From positions 51,522,001 to 51,586,000 of the forward strand of contig OZ287749.1 of the NCBI GenBank assembly GCA_965649765.1: a DNA stretch of 64,000 nt, given 5' to 3'. Positions within the stretch are counted from its first letter, which is position 1. Every line of letters begins with the position of its first letter. A program made the translations under genes and the position numbers. Shown here piece by piece: positions 36,813 to 48,052 of this stretch. Below the pieces are notes generated by a model that made no database searches, had not been told where the DNA came from, and saw nothing but the letters and a program-made list of their open reading frames with translations. This stretch comes from Bispira polyomma (lineage: Eukaryota).

Positions 36813-39800
36813 ATGGCACCTGGTGTTACTAGATGTGTACAGATTGTCTACATACTTTGCTTTTGTATTGGAACAGTTTTGGGGAAATCAATTCTCGGAA
36901 ATCATCCAGAAGATGTCAAGTCTAATCAGTTGAAAAGAAAAGCAGACAAACTTAGCAAAAAGGAAAACTTTGTTGATTATTTACAGAAGCGAGGAAAAGG
37001 TAAGTTAATGTTACCTTTTTAAAAATATTTAAGTATTATTTACAATTTTTAAAAGTTAAAAACATTTTTTGGTGACAGCAACTAAGTATACTCTTTCCAT
37101 ATTACAAAAGATTCAAGTCTACATATATCAATGTGGAATAGAAAGTATTTATTGCTAAGTAAGTAAGAATTCATTAATTATGCTTGGGGAAACCATGTTA
37201 CAGTATAATCTCCATATGGTGAATGCTCATGGAACCCAGCCCAAATGTTCACTGTAAAGAGGTGTTGAGTATTTGGAGGTTATGTATAATTCACTGGCGG
37301 AAAAACTGAACCAATTACGAGGTTCACTATATACATATATATATGGAGGTGTGCACTACTCAGAAGTTTTCACTAATGGAGGTTTTACTGTATGAAATCA
37401 TATAATACCGCTCTTTGCAGTGTATTTAGTGAGAGAATAACTATTAGTTTAATTTGGTAGGTCTGATTTATATGTATTGATGCAGATAGTGATTTCAAGC
37501 TATGGCCATTTCAAAATGACACTACAGTCAGGAAATGGTTAGTTAATGTGTCCATACACACTTACAAGAAAGCTAGGTTCATGTATGTCAATACATTATG
37601 GCCTGGTCACACCTAGACGTGTTAATGTCCCCCAACGTACCTAAGCAATATACACTGAAAAAGGTGGTAGTGTCAAAATGACGTCATTTCCATAAAGGGG
37701 TAGTCAATTGTTTTGTGACGTTTCGAGGCAATGTTGGTTCTTGTGCACACAGAGCGGGGGCAAAAATCGAACACTTTACTGGTAGGATATCACTACCTTC
37801 TACTACATAGATCTACTTTACTGCTACTTACTGGTTCATTCTGTTGCCTTCTACTACTGAGTGAAACATTTTTGACTAACAGAGACGAGTGGAGATGATC
37901 TCACTACTTACTGTGACTTCCTCGCTACCTACTACTATGCAGAGCTACTTACTGATATGTCTATGCTACTTTCGGAAATGTTCTGGGACAAACAGAGAAA
38001 CGTGGAGAAACGGGAGCTGTTACACAATTGTTTGAAACAATTTTAAACAAACGTCGCAGCAGACGAAATGGAGACGTTTTGGGAACGATATCATCTGTTA
38101 ACCAACGTCACGGAACGAATGCACCAGGGATCCTCACTTTTGCATTACCTTCTACTACGTTTATACTAGGTTTCACCTACACGTAGCTCCAGCATGTGTA
38201 GGTGTGACCAGGCTTTTCACAAGGATATGGCCATGTGCCACTGTCTAACAGGTTCAATGAAAGGTGAAAGCTGTTGTGACGAGATGATGTATTATTGAAT
38301 TATTTACTCTTTTGTAACCTTACATCTCCTGCACGGAAAACACTGGTTTATCATTTCATAATATTTTATATGGGGATATATAGACAAGTTGGACAAATTA
38401 TACACACAATTCTTATTTAACAATGAAACACAAGTACTGTAAACTATGAGCCTAATGAATAAAGATTTAGCCATCATATTATACAGTTGGTATGTTTAAG
38501 GCTCTCTAAAAGGATTTCCATAACCAAATTGATCAGATTCTTAAAGTCAAGGTACCCTACCTACATTGGTGGGGTAAATTGTATTTTAAACAACATAAAC
38601 TGATTAATTAAGATACTGTACTACCTTTAGAGAATGAGTTAGTATATTCTGGGGGATAGTTAAAGACATCAAATGCATCAATCAAGCAGGCACTGAGTAT
38701 ATAGAGGTCATATCAATATGTTAGTGTATTTCTCACTTGGCGCTTGTATCTTTTCTTTTAAAATACGTCTTTTGCTTCATGTGCATTACTAAGCCCCTAT
38801 AACATTAACATATAATTGTTTTGCAAAAAATGTGTACTTCTCTGTTAGGTAAAGTCAGCTGGAAGGAATGTGACGTGGATGATGATGTCAGACTGGACTG
38901 TGGTTTCTATGGTGGCACAGAAGAAGAGTGTTACAAACGGGAGTGTTGCTGGGGTCAAACCAGTACACCTGGAGTACCCTGGTGTTATTATTCCAAACGT
39001 GAGTTCACCTGATTATAAGAACAAATGTGACTTGACATGGTTTTAAATGGCAGTTGACGGTTTTTGAACAATCGTGGAATGATGTGCATTTTGTTAAATG
39101 TTAGTTGACAAGCTTTTTAACCTTGGTGTAAATTTTAATGCAAAAACGTGAGTGACATGTACAGTGTTTTTTAAAAAAAATAACAGGTTTAAATTGACAT
39201 ACATGTATTTTTTTTAAAAAGTAAGTTAACAGGATATTAATGGAGCGGAATTTTTAGACAATACAATTAAAAAATGCCTATACCAAAAATAAAGGTATAG
39301 TTTTTGTAATATACTACAAACGATTTGTGTGGTTTAATATTTTTGTAAACTTGCTATTTTGTGTTATTCACTTCATGTACTAAACCCAAATAATATGTAC
39401 CTGAGATAGGCGGGTAGAGGGGGACACAATTAAGCAATCTTCGATTCTCTTGTTATTAATTAAAAAATTATTATAGTATTGTAATAGTGTTTTATGCTCA
39501 TGCAGCGGTTGTAAATGTGTGTTTTTAGCCACAGTAACTCAGGAATGTGCCATGCATTCCAAAGAAAGAGTTGACTGCGGAACTTATGGGATCAGGAAAT
39601 CTCAGTGTCTGTACCTTGGTTGTTGCTGGCAACCTATCAATGAAAATGGCATCCCTTGGTGTTTCCATGAGAAAAGTGGGTTTGTTTACATTACAACTAC
39701 TTAAAACAAAACTTAACTGTCATGAGATATATACTCTATTCTAACATAACATGGCTGTGTCCGCGATTCTGATTGGCAGACAGCTTCGGTAAATATAACC

Positions 39801-42800
39801 GTATACCCATAAACGGAAATAGAGTAATTTTGTCTGTAACATACTGGATGCCTAGTAAATATAGTTCCTTCAATAACGTAATTATGCAGTAAAAAAAAAA
39901 GTTGGAATCAGGTAATAATTTTAATTTGTCATATTACTATAGGAATAACTCATGACAAAGCTCAGTATACAGTAATTTTTACCACTGTTTGAGTGTAGAG
40001 ACACTCAATCTTTGCCTTTGTGTTACTACGCCTCCAATTGTGGTAAAAATTAACGTATACCGAGCTCGAGTTTTGTCATGGGTTATTCCTATATGACAGT
40101 ATAGAGTAGCTGACTGAATGTCTGAAAAAAAATTGATTCATATATAGTGTATTCTTGTAGCGATTATGTAATTATTAAGATGTATATGATGTAAGGCTTG
40201 TCACTTCTTTCTGAAGTATCTTGTTCTACATCATAAAACCATGATCATACAAAGAATTTCTTTGGTATTATTATACATGCTTTGTGCTAGAAAGTTAGAA
40301 CTAAATAATATATATTTGGAGAAAATCCAATTTGTTTGTTTATAAATGGTAGGGATAAAGTTTCTGCCATTTCATATGATCTTGTTCTTATTTACCTACA
40401 CATTAAAAGAAGAAAAAGCATACTAACGGAAAGTTGACTATGTAATATACACTTTCAATATTTATAAAGTTAACATCATTATATCAGTTACAGCAATTTA
40501 TTCAAAAAGCACAAATCCATTGAACAGCGTTGATGTACAGAAGGGCAGATTCAGGCATTCCCCCCCCCCCCCCCCCGCCCCCGTTTTCTGGGACTGTGGC
40601 ACTTTTGTGACAGGTATGCACTCCACAGAGTGCCCGTCATAACTGTTAGGTTTAAGTGTTGAGATTTGTGGCCATATTCCCTGAGAACATTCTTAAGCTC
40701 AACTCAGACTCAAGCTCAGACGTAAGACTGCATATTTGAATTCAGCCCTAAAAGCTCTGTTAAAATAAATGGTCACAAGTACAAGTTATTTCCACTATAT
40801 AGAATGTAGTAAGCAGTAGCCTGCTATTTGTACATACTTTCAGAGGAACCAGTACAGAGTGGAGAGTGTGGAAACCCTGCCATCAGTCCCAGTGTGGCTG
40901 GGAGGATTGTGGGGGGCAACAGGGCCAGACCTCACAGCTGGCCTTGGCAGGTAAGTTTCTCATAGATATGGGGAGGAATTTGGTACAAACCTTACAAAAG
41001 ACAGATGTAATTTTCCAAATGGACAACTAAATGACTGAAGATGACCATTTAAATATCCCTATTTAAGGATATACTAATCTAATCCTAGACTAGTACTAGG
41101 CGCTATATCGTCCCTATAAGAAAACTCAAAGCTCCATAGCATCCTAACCAAAGACAAATTTCATAATGAAGAGGACATGCATAGTCAAAGTGTGTATGGA
41201 AAACTGGACTTTGGGATAATTTCAGGGACATTTAGAAAATTATGATCAGGCTTATTCATATGAGTCACTCTAATGTCTAATTTCTTTGAGGAAAACTGGT
41301 TGGCCAGAATAGTACAGAATTGGGGTTCTGAAAATATATCTTTAAGACTACAGATACAATTGAAACGTTGTTATTTTCTCCACTAAAACAAATGGTCTTT
41401 AACTTTTAAAAAATATGTATAGTTATATTTATACATGTATTGTCTTATAATGCCCCACACAATTATGTCATTGCACATGTACTATTGTTTACAGGTGAGT
41501 CTTCAGTCTGGTTCTGGTCACTTCTGTGGTGGAAGTATCATCGACCCACAATGGATTGTATCTGCAGCCCACTGTGAACCAGGGTATGTATTTTAAAAAT
41601 TACTTCAGTGGAACCCCTTTAAGTAAAACTCTGTTAAGACATTTTTCCTGTTATGTGGAGACAAATTTGAAGTCCCATGAAGGCATTTTCCTTTCAAATC
41701 TACCCTGTTAAGTGGAAATCTTGTTTAAGTAGAGGTATTTCTCCTGCTCCTTTGAGTTTTGACTTGAATGGGTTCAACTGTAGATGTACATTGTATAGAT
41801 AATATATACATACAAAGTCAAAGTTTAGGGTTTTACATCCCGCTCAACAGCCAGGGTCATATTGGGACAGGCCCACAGCATTTGTCACTTATGGGAGGCG
41901 AACCCACACAGAGGTGACAGCCTGTGATTAGATGCCAAACTTCCTAACCACTCGGCCACTGAGGACCTCTATATATACATACATATACTACTACTTATTT
42001 GTGTTGGAAATGAGAGTAAAACATAACCACTGGGCCAGCTCCCTGTCTACAAGCATGAAATACATTTAACCAGTTAATGGCAATTACTGTACTTCATTTT
42101 GTACAAACACATACAAAAAACACACAAGACAGGGTTCCCCACAGATACTTTGAAAGGTACATATAATAATCAAATTTAGCTTATAAATTGAATTCTAATG
42201 TAAATCATATATTGCTAACATTAAGAAAAATATGTACATTTTGTTGAATTTGTCATACAGTTGTAGAATGTAATATGGGAAAAATTACAGATTTTGATTA
42301 GATTTTTGAAAGTTCCATGACTTTTCCATGACTTTTTAAATTCCGTGACTTTTCCAACTACCACTTTGGTTTTCCAGGCTTTTGGTAACTCTTTCAAATG
42401 TCACCATTCATTTGAATAGAGCTTTTGACAAGGAATCCCTAATATGTGCCGTCTGATTTAAGATAATTGCCATATACAAATAGATAAACTTTATAAAACT
42501 TTTTCAAAACTAAATAATTTATTATTTGTGATTCTATTTCTCAGCTTTGAGTGGTATGGTGGAGAAAAGTTTATAGTTGCCGGTGTACACAATTTAAAAG
42601 AAGAAACCAGTGTGTATCAGAAAATTGAAGTCGAAGAACTTCTAGTGCACGAAAACTATGATGAATATGAATACGATGAAGACATCATGTTACTGAAATT
42701 AAAGAATCCAATCCAGTTCTCGGATGAAGTGTCCCCCATCTGTTTACCAAACTCAGGAGAGGACTTTGAACCTGGATTGAAATGTTACACCACTGGATGG

Positions 42801-45800
42801 GGAGATTTGGAAGGTAATAATACAGAAGAACCTCTATTATCCAAACTTTTATGTCTAAATAGTGGATTTTACCCTCCTAAATTTAAGTTTTCCTATTGCT
42901 TTACACAGAAATGGGTCTTCTATTATATGAACTTATCCAAATAAAATCTTGCACTCAGAGCATGTTCAGATAATAGAGGTCTTTACTATATACCCTGGCT
43001 GTGTCCTGAGTTAGAGGAGTTCTCACAAAAAATGTCAATATATGACGATGCATATTGTGAATACAATAATGCAATACAATTTTTAAGTGGCGTTCACACT
43101 GTCCGCGTTCTCGGTCCCGGTCTTCCCCCGTACTGACAATGTGTGAAAACTTGTACAAACGTTGGACAACTGGGCATAAATGGGGGTGGAACTTGGGCGA
43201 ATATGGGCGAACGGCAAGAACGGGAGCTGCAGCCGGAAATTTTGAACATGTTCAAAACTTCTGTGGGAGGACCGCTTTGAAAACCCATCTTGAGAGAACT
43301 TGGGAAAACTGCAGGAACAGGGCATAAACGGGAGTTGCACTGCTCAGAACTAGTGTAAATGGGGCTTAAACTGCTCAGACCTGGCCAGAACTGGAGAGAG
43401 CTTGAGAAAACATAACATAACCCGGGCATAAACGGGGCTAAAACGGGTCACAAACGGGGGATGCAAATATATGCAAATAAACATTTTCCCACCTTTTCTC
43501 TCCCGATCAGCCAAGTACATTCTTCAGGTCTTGAGTAAACGGCTAGCCGGGGCTATGCCAGGGCGTGAACTTGGAAAATGTGAACGCCCCTTTAGACACA
43601 GTACGGATCAATATGATGTTTTAGGTTTAACATTGCTTTCAACACATCTTGTAATATATCATGATGTTCAGTTCACTGTTAATGAAAATGAGAGCAGGGT
43701 ATTTTGTGCTCTGTAAACTACTGCTATTGAGCAAGTCTGTTGCCAACCTTTCTCACATACATGTCATGGTTAAGATTCTAACCTATGATTGCAGAGGCGG
43801 GTGTATACTACCACTACCTCACAAAAGCCCCCCCCACCCCCTCCTCCTCCCTATTATTGTATAGCAGTTTTTCTTTTCTCCAAACGTGGTTCCAGTTTTA
43901 TAGAACTTTGTATTTCTCCATTTCAATCTCATTTTATTTCTGACTCTATTCTAATTTTCGTCATTTTTACAGTTTGTTTACTTTCATGCAAGATCACTGC
44001 TTCCAATGTTTACTGCACAATGGACAGAAACTCACTTGATATTGAAATTTGCATTTTTTTTCCAAATGTACATTTAATGCAATTATGATTTTTAGACACA
44101 GTACTACCGACTACAATAACTTGGTTCAGTTTGGGTTAAATGTCGTTTTCAACACATTTTTTATCATATCGTGATGTTCAGTTTACTGTTAAAGAAAATC
44201 AGAGCAGGGTATTTAGTCAAGGTATTTTTCCCCACAAACCATCATCTTTTAGCAAGTCTACTGCCAAATTTATCACATACACGCCAGCACCAAGATTTCA
44301 ACTGACAATGGCAGAGCTGAAAATCGAATGTGTTACACCACTGAGGCCCCTGTGACCCCTTTGACAGTTTTATAATAATGGTACTAGTGTATACAGTACC
44401 AGAAATATACTTGCCATAGGTCAGTGGTTTGCACTGGTTTACAGTGCTTGAGCACCAGTTTCTTGTACAATTAAATCTGGCAGCTGGTGAAAGCGAGGTA
44501 AAACCTAACTAAAATTCAAATACAGTATAGTGGAACCCTGGTAAGTCGAATCTGAAGGGATCATAAAATATTGTTCCACTTAATAGGCATTCTACTTAAC
44601 AGTGTCAAGAGTCATCAGAAAAATAGTAATGGGATCTTAAAGTTAACAGGTAAGTCTACTTATCAGAGTTCTACTTAAACAGGGTTTGACTGTACATTCT
44701 TTTTTTTTTTGTTATGTTTTAGAGGGAGGTGTGAGTCCAGACATCTTACAACAGGTAATGATTCCCCTGATAGAGACTAAACACTGCAACAGTAAGGAAT
44801 GGTATGACGGCCAACTCACCGACAATATGGTCTGTGCAGGGTATGAAGAGGGAGGCAGAGATTCGTGTCAGGTAGGCTCAGATATGTATTCTCAACTTAA
44901 ATCTAGGGTGGGACAAAGTAAATGTGTAGGTGTACAGTCTATACATCACCCCTTATGAGGTCTCATCTTCACAATTGACACTTTATGGTGGAATACACCC
45001 TAGTCTGGGTTCTTCCACTTTATCAAGCAAATATTCACGGAACATACTAGCCATGCTGGCACATATGATACAAAGACAAACACCCATTAGCAGCCAGATA
45101 CCTGTTTATACACCTGTATCGTAAGGGAAAACTTTGGGTGAAGAGTCTTATCTTAAGGGTACAATCTCTAGATTATGGGCCAAATACTCTTAACCAGTAG
45201 GCCACAGAGACCAATATAAAGCCTTAGTTATCTGAACAGCAATATAGTTGACAGAGCAAGTTTTTTAGACAATAAGAATTTCAACTGTATTTATCACAGG
45301 TGAAAGCTGTGGAGGAATGGAATGACATTAGTGTCATGTACAAGGAATTTAATATGGTATTCCCACAGTTTGCATAAGACTGGTTTTGAGTTTGTGTCGG
45401 ATTTGATCGATTTTGAACCGTTTTAACTTTTTTAATGCATGTTTTTATGCAGAAAAAAGGTCAAAAGTGTTCAGGTTCCAAGTGTATACAATTGTTATAC
45501 TCTAACTGAACAATAACTATAGTGACTAAGATGTTTTCCACAAAAAGTTGTGTAGAATATATATAATCTACATTTCTGCCTGATATGTTGTTGTTTGAAT
45601 AACCACATGACAATATACATCGTACTTTATAGGGGGACAGTGGTGGCCCAATGGTTTGCTACCATGACGAGAAGTGGAAGTTAGTGGGCGTTGTTAGCTG
45701 GGGAGATGGGTGTGCTGGCGAGAGAAAGCCAGGAATTTACACCAAGACAAGCAGATACGTACAGTGGATAGATGACAAGATGTCTCAGTACTCTCAAAAA

Positions 45801-45821
45801 CAGAAAAAGTTTATAGCCTAA
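36813..45821 (+). CDS. Secreted trypsin-like (S1A) serine protease zymogen with two N-terminal trefoil (P-type) domains (8 exons, 428 aa)
   Basis: Exons 36813-36999 (signal peptide and pro-region), 38849-38998 (trefoil 1), 39529-39675 (trefoil 2), 40844-40950 (CG..R|IVGG..SWPWQ), 41495-41583 (HFCGGS..SAAHC), 42545-42813 (DIMLLKL..PICLP..TGWG), 44723-44871 (MVCAG..RDSCQ), 45633-45821 (GDSGGP..VSWG.GC..PGIYT). All phases are compatible, 1287 nt. AATAAA at 45936. Confidence 0.9.
37600..38214. mobile_element. Harbinger-like non-autonomous element in protease intron 1
   Basis: TIR GCCTGGTCACACCTA(G)AC / GTGTAGGTGTGACCAGGC; left flank TTA; interior rich in CTAC/GACG motifs. Confidence 0.75.
39938..40093. 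repeat. Long imperfect inverted repeat (hairpin), probable end of a non-autonomous DNA element
   Basis: TATAGGAATAACTCATGACAAAGCTCAGTATAC..TTTTTACCAC / GTGGTAAAAA..GTATACCGAGCT..TTTGTCATGGGTTATTCCTATA. Confidence 0.75.
41815..41970 (-). mobile_element. Short tRNA-derived SINE family B (156 bp)
   Basis: Minus strand A box TGGCCGAGTGG, B box GTTCGCCTCC, CTTTGA-type tail; perfect 13-bp TSD ATATATACATACA (41802-41814 / 41971-41983). Confidence 0.9.
43086..43591. mobile_element. PIF/Harbinger MITE with TTA TSD
   Basis: TIR AGTGGCGTTCACA / TGTGAACGCCCCT; TTA on both sides; GC-rich interior; empty paralogous site at ~44077-44105. Confidence 0.88.
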
Positions 45822-46648
45822 GACACTATATAGTACAGACGTGTATAGAATTTTAGTAGATAAGATAATATACTTAGGTTAGAATTTAGAAAGCAAAATC
45901 ATAGGAGACTATATTACATAAATCAATGTTGATTAAATAAAGATTCACTTGTAACAACAATTGTCTAAAATTACATTTTGCTGTATTCATATGCAGCATC
46001 TGTATTAATATTGTGATTGTTACACTTTATTGTATAATATCATGTGGTTCTATAAAACAGCGACATATTTAATTTGTAACTAATATTCTATTAGTGTGGG
46101 GTTTAAATCAATGCAGGTTTTAGGTGTAGTGTTGTATTCTTTCTGTGTGAGTGGTACTACGAATACAATAAAATGATTTGCATTAATTGTAACCTTTTAT
46201 TTACGTTCACTGCCATTTATTCAATATTGTACACACATATGATATTTGTTCATCTAGATCTCCTATGTTCTTATTGTCAGTAGCACTTCTGCTATAATTA
46301 AGTCACAAGGGAAAAGAAAAATAATTTATTTTGGTATTGTTTTACCACAAACCCCAATCTATTTTAAGAATATCTTTCTGCCATAGCGATTAGATAATAA
46401 AGCTTCTAATTGTGCTAAAAGTTAAACCAAGACAAATCAGTGGGCAATTTTGTTGTTTCGTTCTCTTAACAATCATTGGCCATTCACCAATGAGGGTTAA
46501 AATCCCAGCCGTTTGTATCTTCATGTGGGAAATTTTGTGAGGCACAAAAATATAACCTCTTTGCTGGAGGTAAAAATATGTAATCCTCATCTGCTCAGTT
46601 TTTTGTTTGTAAAATTGAATTCAACTACATGCAAAACATAATTTTTCT

Positions 46649-48052
46649 TCAACACATCTTTTTAATTGTCCCTAAAACCACACTGTATGGAAAACCAAAC
46701 ATCATTCTGCCATCACACCACTCTGATCTTTTGTTAAAGTTATGAAGGGAAAACACAGGTTTCCTATACACTGTAGAGTCCCGCACACAAACCTCTTTCC
46801 GAGACATTTGCCTTTTCCTGAAGGCATTCTGGTACTCCACTGTAGGAATCTGCATTTTCACACAATCTTCAAAGCTCCAGTTGAATCTAGAGTTCCACTT
46901 AGATGGCTTTACAGTCATCACTTGTGGCATTAACTGTGTTATACAGTCTTCACTTAGTCTACTGTAATTCTTGTGGTCAAAGTTACATGTTTCTACTCTA
47001 TCACAAAGCATTTGACAGTATTGTGCCACACGATCGTTAACATACTTAAAGTGAGAAATTTCCCCTTGAATGTTATCTACATTGCTACTCAATATGTCCC
47101 TCAATTTTGAGTAAAAATGCTGATAAATATTGTAATCAACAGCAGAGAACTTGGCCAAAATGTTCCTCAAGTGTACATCATTCTCAGAACTAGGTATCAT
47201 TGTTTTATTAAAGTGTCTATCATTTCTCACATATAAACTGTGAAATACTAAATCTTTTAAACTCCAGTGTAGTCTCCTTTTCAGGATGACCAATGACTCT
47301 TCAAATAGTTCAGTAATCAATACAAAATCAATACTATCCTCCAGGTTAATCAGAAACTGCTGAATGCTACTCCTGCTATTGTCACTGATATTTCTATATC
47401 CATAATGAAATGCCTGTGGATTCCTGACCTTAGAGAAGAGTCTCCCACTAACTCTCTGATATATCTCCGGATTATTTTGTAAAAAGTACTCGATAGCCTG
47501 GTGTTTCTTTTTGATCCGGAATTGTTTATGTAATTCCCAGAATGCAAAAGTGGATCTCAACTGAGAGAGAGGTTCCCTCAAAATACCAATGGTTACGTAT
47601 CCATCCTGCAAGTAACTTCTGACCGCTCCTTGGTCATAAACACTGTGGTCACATATCATATTGTATGATTGAATATGGTTTTTATTATCCTGCTTTTCAA
47701 ACAGATATTTGTAGTGTGGCTTATACGGATAAGTCATTCCCCATGGGGTATTGTACGTGGCTACTCTCAGGTTATTATTCATAGCATAACGAAAGAAGAT
47801 GTTTTGAGCAGTTGAACTGCCCGTTTTATGAACTTTGATAAAGTATATGTCACTAACTGCACCAGTAGTTTGTGTGGGATCATCTGTGAAAGACTTGTTG
47901 TTTTGTGATGTACTCTTAAGCTCCCTTTTGTGAATTACCAATTTAACACTAACTTCCAAAGCCTCAAATATCAGAATTTTATTTCTCAAAACCAAAAATC
48001 CCCCAAGAACAACTAAAAATAGGAAGATATATTTAATCCCTTTATAATCCAT
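46649..48052 (-). CDS. Galactose-3-O-sulfotransferase (GAL3ST / cerebroside sulfotransferase family), single coding exon, 467 aa from the ATG at 48052
   Basis: Type II membrane anchor YIFLFLVVLGGFLVL; 5'-PSB FIKVHKTGSST; 3'-PB ILREPLSQLRSTF; VLITELFEESLVILKRRLHW; D-x-x-IY-x-HF. Confidence 0.92.
   Translation of the reverse strand: MDYKGIKYIFLFLVVLGGFLVLRNKILIFEALEVSVKLVIHKRELKSTSQNNKSFTDDPTQTTGAVSDIYFIKVHKTGSSTAQNIFFRYAMNNNLRVATYNTPWGMTYPYKPHYKYLFEKQDNKNHIQSYNMICDHSVYDQGAVRSYLQDGYVTIGILREPLSQLRSTFAFWELHKQFRIKKKHQAIEYFLQNNPEIYQRVSGRLFSKVRNPQAFHYGYRNISDNSRSSIQQFLINLEDSIDFVLITELFEESLVILKRRLHWSLKDLVFHSLYVRNDRHFNKTMIPSSENDVHLRNILAKFSAVDYNIYQHFYSKLRDILSSNVDNIQGEISHFKYVNDRVAQYCQMLCDRVETCNFDHKNYSRLSEDCITQLMPQVMTVKPSKWNSRFNWSFEDCVKMQIPTVEYQNAFRKRQMSRKEVCVRDSTVYRKPVFSLHNFNKRSEWCDGRMMFGFPYSVVLGTIKKMC

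Noticed and set aside
43083-43716. Overlapping ORFs in the GC-rich intron segment
   Set aside because: They lie in or overlap a non-coding Harbinger MITE; no transposase motifs.
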